From Candidatus Poseidoniales archaeon (GTDB taxonomy: Archaea; Thermoplasmatota; Poseidoniia; Poseidoniales; Poseidoniaceae): 64,000 nucleotides of DNA. The first letter of the stretch is position 1; every line of letters begins with the position of its first letter. The notes beneath the pieces are model-generated. The model was not told the origin of the DNA, searched no databases, and saw only the letters and a program-made list of their open reading frames with translations. Shown here piece by piece: positions 42,001 to 49,676 of this stretch. The position numbers and the translations under genes are program-made. The stretch is from positions 4,230-68,229 of the forward strand of contig JAYOTG010000007.1 in the NCBI GenBank assembly GCA_038150305.1, in the 5' to 3' direction.

Positions 42001-44498
42001 TCCGCTTGACGCTCGACGGAAACTCTCCCCTCGTGCTTTCCGCCGACCCAATGGACGGCGTGGAACTCCACGCGGCCACCGCTCAACCGATCAGCCTGGT
42101 GATTCAAGACTCCGTGGACCCACCGAATCAAATCAGCCTCCACTACTGGCTTGGATGCAAGGCGAGTCAGGCCATTGGATGCACCGACTACAACTTCGAT
42201 GGACTGCCGCAAGCCGAGGAATACGAACTGAAGACGGTGTCCTCTCCCGAGGTTCGGGCGGGTGGCCTCAACATTTTCGAAACCAGCATCGACGACTCGA
42301 TGCTGGTCCACGGCCAACGCGTGTCCTTCTTCATCAGTGGAAAGGACGCACAAGACAACGTTGTGGCGATGGGTGGAGGCCCGGTGTGCCCAGAGGACCT
42401 TGGTTCGTCGCTCTGTGGCACACGACCCGGCGAGGTGCCTCCCGATTGGTCTGCAGACTTGGTGACCTACACGGTCCGCGAAGAGTTCCAACCTGAACTC
42501 GATGCGGCCAACTCCACCATCGTCGGTCACGATGACGAGGCTCCCCTTCACCCCGGCGTGCCGTACACGGCACAAATCAGCCTCTCTGATGGAAACGGAT
42601 GGGATGACATCCAGCAGGTTCAGTTCGCCCTCGGCGGTGATTTTGATGACGATGACACGTCGATCTTCATGACCCTCGCGCCAGGCGAGGACGGTCTGCC
42701 TGTGGCGCAGATGACCACCGGCGGAGAATACCTTGCCGTGAGCAACCTTTACTCCAGCGTGCAACTCGATGCAGATGATCCAAATTCGCTGGTCATCAGT
42801 GCCCTCTTCCAGTTGACGTGGAGTTTTCCTGAATCCTTTGACACGGACGGCGAGACCTTCGTGCGCCCCAAGGTCCGCGTCACGGACCAGCCATGCGGCT
42901 TGGAGCCAGACGTGCCCTGCTTCGAGGTGGAGGCCAGCCTTGGCAACAACTGGTGGAGCCTCGACAACGACTTCCGCTTCGATACAGAGCAAGGACACAT
43001 CCGCGCCGTCGAATTGAGGGACGGGACCAACCACTACAGCGAAGACTTCGATGAAACCATCATCGGAGCGGGTCAAGCCCTCCGCGTCACGGGCCGTGTG
43101 CTGTTTTCTGAAGACGAAACACCTGCACCTGCCGGTGCCTTCGACGTGACCTTTGGTGACTACGATCACGTGTGGGTCACCAGTCCGCGCGCAGACGGTG
43201 AGTTCTCTCTGGACCTCCTCGTGCCAAGCATCCGTTCGGGGTACCTGGACCTCAAGCTGGGTCTTGATGACCTGCCGGGCCTTGCTCAAGACCAAACGGA
43301 GATCGTGCCCCGCGTTCAGTTCATCGTGGACAGTTCCTCGCCGACCCTTGCTGCCGTGACGCTGTCGCGCATCGAGGCGGGTGATCCCCTGCCCATCGGA
43401 CAAGCCAACGATTTGCTCGTGCAGCTCGAGACCCTTGACGACCATGGATTCGACACAGGAGAATCTGCCGTGCTTCACTACCGCGTGCGCGCGGGCGAAG
43501 CCGAAATCTCGCGTGGTGCGCTTGAACTCCCGGACACGACCCCCTTCGGTGAGCAGTTCTTCTGGAGCGGGAACCTCGACTTGACCGATGCTGGAGCGAC
43601 CACGCTGCTTCCCACCTACATGGTGGACGTGTGGGTCTCGGGAAGCGATGCAGCAGGCAATCCCTTTGACACGACGTCCAACACGGTCATGACGCCCTTC
43701 GCCACGTGGCCCTTGGCGTTGATCGGCCCATCGATTGACCTCGAAGCGACTTCAGCGATGTGGGATGACCCAAGTCCTGCTCCAAAGAGCGCGGCCGTGC
43801 TCGACATCCAGACCACCAACGAAGGCGGGAGCGGCGACATCGCGTTCGTGCTTCAACGACGACAGGACGCAGGCTTCTGGGCGGAAATCGCCCGTGAAGA
43901 CCTGACCGCGAGTGCAGCCTCTGACGTCCAGGTCCAACTCTCTGTCATGGCCGACGGTGAGGTCGGTGACCGCCTCGAACATCGCTTGTTGCTGCTGGTG
44001 GACGGCGTTGAAGCCGATCGCGTCCCCCTTGCACCGCTCTTGCTCACCGAGGAGGTTGCACGCGACGGCGATGCGCTGCGGGAAGACATCGGAGAGCAAC
44101 GCTTCAGCCTCTTCCTCTACGTCATCACGATGATGTCCCTTTCCGCTGCTGTGTGGATGCTCGTCGTCTACCGCCGTATGGCGTATGGTGACGAAAGCGT
44201 CGCCTCTGAAGACCAAACAAAGGTCGTGATGGCTGAGATGAGTGAGGCTCCGAAGGCGCTCCCCGAGTTGGCGGACCTCCCACCACCTCCCGGTTTGAAC
44301 CTCGAAACCTCCACACCATTGCCGCCGGGACTGAACATGCCAGCAGCAGCAACTGTGGTTGAAGAAATGCAGCCGGAGCCGACCTACACCACCGATGACC
44401 CTCGAGGTTTGCCGCCAAAGCCGCCAACGGGCTTGCCCGACGGCTGGACCGAGGAACAATGGGCGCACTACGGATGGTCCTACCTCGACGTCCAGTGA
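39063..44498 (+). CDS. Giant (1,811 aa) type I surface protein with Asp-box/BNR-like motifs, C-terminal TM and Pro/Trp-rich cytoplasmic tail
   Basis: ATG 39063 gives MVDARSPSRKSIAPAVMLTLLMMLMSASPLLTALAPNAEASG (signal peptide). Asp-box-like SADNGTHW lies at nt about 40552-40575 and SNNDGTDW at nt about 40815-40838. The TM is FSLFLYVITMMSLSAAVWMLVVY. The tail contains PPPPGL, PPGL and LPDGWTEEQWAHYGWSYLDVQ. Confidence 0.85.
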   Translation: MVDARSPSRKSIAPAVMLTLLMMLMSASPLLTALAPNAEASGVARHAYGFSDGSTEYVALYQGASPDTGAKVQIPVGAEVVDVSMTLSGASSTGWSSTSSSTTEDWQAGEGSGVDARSPVLTLQQATPTTEFFPHGLDTVIDPSSTAWHDNGSYAVRQPHTSNSTETRFSQQVQRTSSTLTPQGQGAVLKHHDWIFVSTWSSNNLSNVVKAHYPNNLTRAWGVTIDSTASACVLPQTHSSTYYGQYGFRDWALADDERLLAILSGYKYFYGSTAPTQYHRVLELDVSSDDEWVCTASYDISPQFGDYTGIAYDREDGTFWVAHNSQRRLVEYNMADGTWSRNSEMFSYSSSASSAWECGTTGQMVRGLEVQGNTFYMRCQKDSYYNDRDTLEAWSVSGTSTSLVPQSGIREISCLGYGLQWDGTRFVTMDSGYSTWSGKTLYYREFGTGWTYETIAAPGTTTWYGPVTTSVEDVLSVNTRVGWSAASIGDRVDHWVSADNGTHWSSVTANETIHFAHPGNELVWKAQMIGSSAVSWWVELEHDTEYASVGSWTSPSIPTGTKVGKVRPTWVADEPAGTSITVYVSNNDGTDWYEATNGQEIGFPTEAAGSALRYSIQLDTTDVTVTPSVTSFTLEYEEGYPDRPRIDVGNDGSYDWESLLFLNESSVDASDDSIVGQDVKDTPTLVSAFNDAIPDNGDGTVDITLAVKAASPGRIKISNLDVAYVMQTRAIGASLEGGMLAPDGAHRDLVIDVARGDDVTRVNRVDVTLQNSHGEDPTVQWSRGDQCSVLSDGGGVVHFDAGNCTSTSVSDSITRIRIPTLVDWSWNDEAAMEASITVVDPIGEKVTDWTTTGLDVRVENDIQLDGLRVFDETGRELYPLDWVRGGYNLSFAGKIHFEGSQLNPLGGEFNLRVLGQNVTYDGDPIGEPVVLATTSNPSFGEYNITFQSPLESAPGGMVFHVEAVDMANGSVFTNPGYNTIRLTLDGNSPLVLSADPMDGVELHAATAQPISLVIQDSVDPPNQISLHYWLGCKASQAIGCTDYNFDGLPQAEEYELKTVSSPEVRAGGLNIFETSIDDSMLVHGQRVSFFISGKDAQDNVVAMGGGPVCPEDLGSSLCGTRPGEVPPDWSADLVTYTVREEFQPELDAANSTIVGHDDEAPLHPGVPYTAQISLSDGNGWDDIQQVQFALGGDFDDDDTSIFMTLAPGEDGLPVAQMTTGGEYLAVSNLYSSVQLDADDPNSLVISALFQLTWSFPESFDTDGETFVRPKVRVTDQPCGLEPDVPCFEVEASLGNNWWSLDNDFRFDTEQGHIRAVELRDGTNHYSEDFDETIIGAGQALRVTGRVLFSEDETPAPAGAFDVTFGDYDHVWVTSPRADGEFSLDLLVPSIRSGYLDLKLGLDDLPGLAQDQTEIVPRVQFIVDSSSPTLAAVTLSRIEAGDPLPIGQANDLLVQLETLDDHGFDTGESAVLHYRVRAGEAEISRGALELPDTTPFGEQFFWSGNLDLTDAGATTLLPTYMVDVWVSGSDAAGNPFDTTSNTVMTPFATWPLALIGPSIDLEATSAMWDDPSPAPKSAAVLDIQTTNEGGSGDIAFVLQRRQDAGFWAEIAREDLTASAASDVQVQLSVMADGEVGDRLEHRLLLLVDGVEADRVPLAPLLLTEEVARDGDALREDIGEQRFSLFLYVITMMSLSAAVWMLVVYRRMAYGDESVASEDQTKVVMAEMSEAPKALPELADLPPPPGLNLETSTPLPPGLNMPAAATVVEEMQPEPTYTTDDPRGLPPKPPTGLPDGWTEEQWAHYGWSYLDVQ

Positions 44499-44507
44499 GG
44501 CTCGCCC

Positions 44508-44951
44508 ATGGTGTCGAACGACGTCGAGGGCATGGTGACGCTGACCGAACGGATGGTGCACCTCATTGGCCAATTGGGCATGCCCATCGTTGAGGTCGCC
44601 ATCGTGCTTCAGCGGCGCATTACCTCCATGCTGGAACCACTTCAGGCATGGGCGGATCAGCAGGGAATCGATCTGGAATCGCGGGTGCGCAACCCGTGGC
44701 CACTCGACGGGGGAAACGAGGACGGGGCCACGTCGGCGTTTACCCTTGATCGGCTGCTCGACCACGTGGATGCCGACAGGATGGACATCCTCGATACCCT
44801 CATCCGCGTGACCCTGCAAGAGGTCGATGCAGACCTCATGCACGGCCTGCTTGCGCTTCGTCCGTGGGAACACCTCGTCCGCTCCCAACTGGCCGCGGCC
44901 GACGGTCCTGGTCGCCTGTTCTCGCCTCTGGACATACCTGACGACTTTTGA
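44508..44951 (+). CDS. Small acidic cytoplasmic protein, function unknown
   Basis: 147-aa ORF 9 nt after the giant gene's stop, with no TM helix or signal peptide and an acidic composition. The competing minus-strand ORF 43752..44963 is Arg/His-rich and overlaps the giant gene's 3' end. Confidence 0.5.
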   Translation: MVSNDVEGMVTLTERMVHLIGQLGMPIVEVAIVLQRRITSMLEPLQAWADQQGIDLESRVRNPWPLDGGNEDGATSAFTLDRLLDHVDADRMDILDTLIRVTLQEVDADLMHGLLALRPWEHLVRSQLAAADGPGRLFSPLDIPDDF

Positions 44952-44987
44952 GCGCGGGTTCAAATCACGCGACGCTAAGGTGTTCCC

Positions 44988-45776
44988 ATGCAGCGGGTCG
45001 TCCTCGCCCTCATGCTAACGAGCCTCATGCTTTTGCAGGGCTGCATCGGTGGGCTCCGAGATGGCCTTGCCGATGCCTTGCCGGAACAACGAGGGCAGCC
45101 TGGCAGCCTGACCTTGGCCTGCCTGTCGTCGAGCCGGTTCACGGAGATGGTGATTGAAATCGATCATGCGCCGGAGTACGCCCCTGAAGCTTCCACGGTT
45201 CAACTTCTGACCGAACGGCTCGGTGACGTGTGCGACAAGCCCGACGGGATTCGTGCGGTCATCACCGAGACGGAATTCAACCACTCTGGCGCGTGGAGCG
45301 CCGACGATGTTCGGGATCAGGCCTTGGAGCACCGTGAGGCACCACCAATGGACGGCACCACGCTCCGTTGGCATCTGCTGTTCCCCGCGGGTGGTTACGA
45401 CGACGACAGCGTCCTTGGCGTCGCCGTCAATGCTGCAGACGTCGCGGTGTTCCGCGACAGCATTGATGATGCGGAGAACATCCTGCGCCGGCCGAGCGCG
45501 GAGGACATCGAAAACAGCGTGACCTTGCACGAAGTGGGTCACCTGCTCGGGCTGGTGAACTTGGTGTACACCTCGCCAAGGGACCATGAGGATCCAGATC
45601 ATCCCGGCCATTCATCGAACGAGGATTCCGTCATGTATTGGGCGGTTGATTCCTCTTCGCTTGGTGCCATCTTTAGCGGGGAATTGCCCAATGATTTCGA
45701 CGACGACGATCGGGCAGACCTGGAGGATCTTGCCTCGGGTGACCTCGAAGCGGAAGATCAGCTCTGGCGGCCCTAA
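44988..45776 (+). CDS. Putative secreted Zn-metalloprotease lipoprotein (HExxH, metzincin-like)
   Basis: The N-terminus MQRVVLALMLTSLMLLQGCIGG has a lipobox-like L-Q-G-C. HEVGHLLGL provides HExxHxxG, and SVMYW downstream is a possible Met-turn. The third zinc ligand is not obvious. Confidence 0.65.
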   Translation: MQRVVLALMLTSLMLLQGCIGGLRDGLADALPEQRGQPGSLTLACLSSSRFTEMVIEIDHAPEYAPEASTVQLLTERLGDVCDKPDGIRAVITETEFNHSGAWSADDVRDQALEHREAPPMDGTTLRWHLLFPAGGYDDDSVLGVAVNAADVAVFRDSIDDAENILRRPSAEDIENSVTLHEVGHLLGLVNLVYTSPRDHEDPDHPGHSSNEDSVMYWAVDSSSLGAIFSGELPNDFDDDDRADLEDLASGDLEAEDQLWRP

Positions 45777-46111
45777 TCGGCGAGTCCACCTCGTGCAACG
45801 ATGGCCGTTGCCGCCCGCCACGCATCGAAAATCGACCACAGGTACAATCCAATCCAAAGCACCACCGTTAACGCAAGTGGGATTTGCAGGAGGCCGAAAT
45901 CAATCCCTTTGCGGTGTTCACGGTTGATGTGCTGTCCAAGGAAGAGAAACGGCACGGCCGCGAGCACCACCGTGAATAACGGTCGGGCAGAGCCCCATAC
46001 GCCGATACCGAAGGTGATTTCCCGCCAGATTTCCTTGAGCAGGGTGAGCGGCCCGACGCGGTGGGGTGCCTCCACAGGGAGGGAGACCGTCAACTCCTCT
46101 CCCATGGTCAA
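45773..46111 (-). CDS. Small membrane protein (2-3 TM), function unknown
   Basis: Hydrophobic helices FGIGVWGSARPLFTVVLAAVPFLFL and LLQIPLALTVVLWIGLYLWSIF. The stop overlaps the convergent metalloprotease stop by 4 nt. Confidence 0.5.
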   Translation of the reverse strand: MTMGEELTVSLPVEAPHRVGPLTLLKEIWREITFGIGVWGSARPLFTVVLAAVPFLFLGQHINREHRKGIDFGLLQIPLALTVVLWIGLYLWSIFDAWRAATAIVARGGLAD

Positions 46112-46187
46112 GTGAACACCCGGTACCTTCTCAACGTGTTGGCGACATGAGCGACGAACTCAAGTTCCCTCCACCTGAGCAGCAGCC

Positions 46188-47180
46188 ATGCGCCGGGTGC
46201 TCATCACGGGCTTCGGTGCGTTTTCCAGCCATGCGACGAACCCAACGGAAGCTTTGGTCCAGGCCTGGCCCAACGTCATGGAGGTTCACGACCCGTGGAG
46301 CGACCAATCCGAGTCGGTTCATGTTGAGGCCCGTGTGCTCACGGTGGATGAAGACGGCTCTTCTGAGACCGCGAAGCGGCTCCAAGCGGGGGAATTATGG
46401 GACGCAGTCATCCACCTCGGGCTCTGCGGATCGTGCTCCAACGCGAGGTTGGAATGGCTTGGCAGGGATGCATTTCAGATGCGTGAGGCAGACAACGCGG
46501 GCCGATGTGTCACCGATGCTCCAATCACGGGATCCGGAGACCTCGCTGCGGGTGTGGATCGGTCGCGCTTCGGACTCGAGGCCTGCGACCCAGACGCCAC
46601 CTGGTCGGACGACGCAGGTGGATATGTGTGCAACGAAACCCTCCACCGGACCCTCGCTGCATGCGTGTCCTTGACGCGCCCCCCTCCGGTGCTGTTTCTG
46701 CACATCCCTTCAGCGTCAGCGTGGTCCTTGGACCGGAGTCGAGCGCTGGCTGAAGCCGTCCTCGCGCGCATGCTCTTCCCGCCGGTGGTCGACGTTGCAG
46801 CAGGCGCGCTGTTCGAGGGGGAGCGACTTCTCGTAGCACGTCGCGGCGCCAACGAAGCGGCAGCAGGCCAATGGGAGTTGCCCGGTGGCAAATTCGAGGA
46901 CGGTGAATCCCTCGAGGAAGCGGTGGTCCGGGAATGGCAGGAGGAACTTGGTCTCGACGTCATCGCCGGCCGTCATCGAGGATCATGGTGGGGCCTGCGG
47001 CCGTGGTTACGGTACCGCATCAACGTCATCGAAGTGAGCACCTCCTCGCCTTTGCCGGTGGTGCTCGAATCGAACGCGCATGACGCCATCACGTGGTTTG
47101 GGCCAGCCGATGACGTTGACGCCTTTTCCTGGCTTGGGCCAGATCGTGATGTCGTGCTGACGCTGGTGCCTCGTCCGTAA
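46188..47180 (+). CDS. Fusion protein: pyroglutamyl-peptidase I (peptidase C15)-like domain + Nudix (MutT-like) hydrolase domain
   Basis: The N-terminal half has RVLITGFGAFSSHATNPTE, HLGL...ARLEWLGRDAF...DNAG, DAGGYVCNETLH and LFLHIP, consistent with the C15 Glu/Cys/His contexts. The C-terminal half has the Nudix box GQWELPGGKFEDGESLEEAVVREWQEELGL. Confidence 0.75.
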   Translation: MRRVLITGFGAFSSHATNPTEALVQAWPNVMEVHDPWSDQSESVHVEARVLTVDEDGSSETAKRLQAGELWDAVIHLGLCGSCSNARLEWLGRDAFQMREADNAGRCVTDAPITGSGDLAAGVDRSRFGLEACDPDATWSDDAGGYVCNETLHRTLAACVSLTRPPPVLFLHIPSASAWSLDRSRALAEAVLARMLFPPVVDVAAGALFEGERLLVARRGANEAAAGQWELPGGKFEDGESLEEAVVREWQEELGLDVIAGRHRGSWWGLRPWLRYRINVIEVSTSSPLPVVLESNAHDAITWFGPADDVDAFSWLGPDRDVVLTLVPRP

Positions 47181-47702
47181 TCAGCGCTCAAACCACGTGA
47201 CGGCTTCCCCGTCCTCGTCCATGGCCCGTTCGTCGCCAAGTTGTCGAGGAACATGGGTGCGGCCGGGATGGTGGGTGGCAGCGAGCAGCCAATCTGCAAG
47301 CCCTTCGCCACGGATGTCGATGTCGAAGACGCCTCCGAGCGGGGCGTGCCCGGGAAGGCCAAACGTGACCTTTCCCGCCATGGCGGCCACGCGCTCAAGC
47401 GTGAAGGTAGTCGTGTCTCCCTCGAGGTTGGCGCCCATGGCGTCGAGTGCCGTATCGAGGATGCGCTGGTCGTGAAGTTTGGTCAACATGGTGTCCAGAG
47501 GCACGCGCTGCACTTCGAGGGTGATGTCCTGCTCGCTGGGATAGGTGGGCTTGGCGGGCCAAGCCACGTCTTGGGCGTCCGGAAACAAGGCGCGGAAGGC
47601 TTCCGCGATACGCTCGCCGTCCTCCGCCCCTCGGATTCGGGTTCGGACGCTGACCTCCAATCCCTCGTCGACACCCGTGAGGCGAACCCTTGGGGCCGTC
47701 AT
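47181..47702 (-). CDS. UPF0201/COG1931-like putative RNA-binding protein
   Basis: The pattern EDGERIAEAFRALFPDA ... QRILDTALDAM ... TTFTLERVAAMAGKVTF ... APLGGVFDIDI ... LADWL resembles the archaeal UPF0201 family consensus as I remember it (PTED..KV...i.niFP / qrIlDtAR / LnKQAA..GkvsF / PLGpI.v.i / idWl). Confidence 0.55.
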   Translation of the reverse strand: MTAPRVRLTGVDEGLEVSVRTRIRGAEDGERIAEAFRALFPDAQDVAWPAKPTYPSEQDITLEVQRVPLDTMLTKLHDQRILDTALDAMGANLEGDTTTFTLERVAAMAGKVTFGLPGHAPLGGVFDIDIRGEGLADWLLAATHHPGRTHVPRQLGDERAMDEDGEAVTWFER

Positions 47703-47811
47703 CGCTTCTCCGATGTGGCCTCGCTTCTCAATCCATTGGGCCTTCAGCGAGGGACATCATCAAGTCCGAAGTGGGCGAGCCACCGACGTGAGTGCTTCGC
47801 CACGTTCGAGG

Positions 47812-48810
47812 ATGGCGGTGGTCATCCCTGTGCTTGACGAGGTGAATCACTTGCCTCTGCTCTTGGCCGACCTTGAGGCGCAAGACTTGCCGCCATCCGA
47901 ATTCGACGTCCTCGTGCTCGACGGAGGCTCGAGCGATGGGACGCGCGCGTTGCTCGACCAACATGTGCCTTCGACTGCCCACGGTTTTGCCGTCCTGGAA
48001 AATCCGGGCAAAACCGTTCCTCACGCCAGGAACCTCGCGATGACGCATCTGAGCGATGACGTGGGTGTCGTGGTTGAATTGATTGGGCACGTTCGGATTT
48101 CGCCCAATCACTTGTCCAACCGAAAGCGGGCTTGGGAGGCTGGCCTTGCACGCCATGGCGATCGATTCGGGGCCTTGGGCGTGCGTGTGCTTGGGCCAGA
48201 CCGACCATCGACCGTGGTCGAGGGCTGGGTCGACGGCGCGCTTCGCTCATCCCTCGGGCGTGGTGGCGGACAGTTCGCCCACTTCACCGACGTAGGACCA
48301 ACCAAAGTTCCCGCCTTTGCCTCACACAACAGGGCGGCCGTCGAGGCCGTCGGCGGTTGGGACGTGGCCTTTTCCACCAGTCAGGACAGTGAACTGGCCA
48401 TGCGGCTCCGGCGTCACGGCTACGTCATGGAGCGGGACCCCTCGGTCAACGTGCGAATGAGTCGACGCACAAGCCTCCGGAGCCATTGGCGCATGGCCGT
48501 CAGGTACGGCTATTGGCGCGGTCGGTTGTTGCGGTCCTACCCAAGCAGGCTTGATCCGAGGGAGTTCGCTCCACTTTTCGGGGCGCTGTTGTGCGCGGTG
48601 CTTCTCATGACCGTCCGAATGTACGTGGCGGTCCCGGTTGGAGCATATGCGTTTGTTTTGCTGGGGGCTGGCCTGTTCTCTTCCTTGAGCAGAGGGCGCT
48701 TGAGTCATGCGTTTGGCGTACCGGTGTGCTTGGTGATGCTGCACACAGGTTTCACCGTCGGGCTTCTTCGCTCGCTGGTCGCAGGTCCCCCAAGGAAGCG
48801 AGACCGGTAA
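47812..48810 (+). CDS. Family 2 glycosyltransferase with C-terminal TM helices (dolichyl-phosphate sugar transferase-like)
   Basis: MAVVIPVLDEVNHLPLLLADL...FDVLVLDGGSSDGT is the GT2 N-terminal signature. The C-terminus has 2-3 hydrophobic helices (FAPLFGALLCAVLLMTV, VPVGAYAFVLLGAGLF, FGVPVCLVMLHTGFTVGLL). The track start 47545 overlaps the divergent gene, so I used ATG 47812; ATG 47713 is also possible. Confidence 0.75.
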   Translation: MAVVIPVLDEVNHLPLLLADLEAQDLPPSEFDVLVLDGGSSDGTRALLDQHVPSTAHGFAVLENPGKTVPHARNLAMTHLSDDVGVVVELIGHVRISPNHLSNRKRAWEAGLARHGDRFGALGVRVLGPDRPSTVVEGWVDGALRSSLGRGGGQFAHFTDVGPTKVPAFASHNRAAVEAVGGWDVAFSTSQDSELAMRLRRHGYVMERDPSVNVRMSRRTSLRSHWRMAVRYGYWRGRLLRSYPSRLDPREFAPLFGALLCAVLLMTVRMYVAVPVGAYAFVLLGAGLFSSLSRGRLSHAFGVPVCLVMLHTGFTVGLLRSLVAGPPRKRDR

Positions 48811-48858
48811 TGCAGCCCGGACGAACCTCTATGCCTGAACGGTGATGGTGGCAGGTTC

Positions 48859-49620
48859 ATGGCGGCCAGAAAGGGCATCTCTCAGGGGCTGCTCGTGACC
48901 CCCGTCATCATCGGGCTCGGGCTCGATGCCACCGTCACACCGCTCAATGCGATGCTGGATGTCTCCGCTTGGCTGCGTTGGGTCTACTATGGCGGGCTGG
49001 GTCTGATCGGCTTCGTGCTCTTTCGTCGTGCACGCATCGAGCGCGACCATGAGCATCGGCGCTCCGCGTCCCTCAAAGGACTGAAAACCGTCTTCAGAGC
49101 AGAGGAGCAAGGCTTGTGGGAGCGCAGCGATGATGCTCCTCCGGGTGGACCCCTCAGCGTTGAATCCGGAGCGAAGGTCGGGGGTCTGACGCGGGAGGGG
49201 AGCGAGGTCAACATCGGGACCGAGGTTGACGTCGAGACGATTCATGGCATGCGCATTCAGGCGAACGATGGCGTTCATCGAACTGTCGGAGCCACCGGGA
49301 AGGCCTCCGGCATGGACACCATGCTTGACGCGCTCGGTCGCGTGTTCCGACGTGGTGACGACCTCGCGGAGGATCGACATCAACGTCGCAAAGCAACCCT
49401 CCAGCAACGGGCCGAGGGAGACCCGTTGATCGCCGCGCGTCCCGTCGCGCCGGTGGCCATGGACGCAGGGGATTTCGATGAAGTCACCACCACCCTCCAA
49501 CCCGTGGCCGCGCCACCACCGCCGCCCGTCCACACGTGCGGTGCGTGTGGAGCCCAGCATGAGCCAGATGACCGCTTCTGCCCGGCCTGTGGACATAACC
49601 TGCCACAGGTCCAAGCGTGA
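48859..49620 (+). CDS. Membrane protein with C-terminal zinc-ribbon
   Basis: N-terminal helices LLVTPVIIGLGL and WVYYGGLGLIGFVLF. The C-terminus reads PPPPPVHTCGACGAQHEPDDRFCPACGHNL (CxxC...CxxC). I preferred it to the fully overlapping minus-strand ORF 48829..49614, which has no motifs and an Arg-rich composition. Confidence 0.6.
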   Translation: MAARKGISQGLLVTPVIIGLGLDATVTPLNAMLDVSAWLRWVYYGGLGLIGFVLFRRARIERDHEHRRSASLKGLKTVFRAEEQGLWERSDDAPPGGPLSVESGAKVGGLTREGSEVNIGTEVDVETIHGMRIQANDGVHRTVGATGKASGMDTMLDALGRVFRRGDDLAEDRHQRRKATLQQRAEGDPLIAARPVAPVAMDAGDFDEVTTTLQPVAAPPPPPVHTCGACGAQHEPDDRFCPACGHNLPQVQA

Positions 49621-49676
49621 TCTTCCACGGGCGTTGGGTTGAAGACGGCCCCCTGAGCCAACGGGACGGGGCCGAC

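Noticed and set aside
46066-46674. 202-aa ORF offering an alternative reading of the pcp region (ATG at about 46137 upstream of pcp)
   Set aside because: It is in a different frame from the ORF carrying the peptidase C15 motifs. The product is Arg/Pro/Ser-rich with no motifs.
48829-49614. 261-aa minus-strand ORF fully overlapping the 48859..49620 (+) ORF
   Set aside because: The plus-strand product has TM helices and a canonical CxxC...CxxC zinc-ribbon at its C-terminus, and it fits the co-directional spacing with GT2 and dnaJ. The minus-strand product has no recognisable features.
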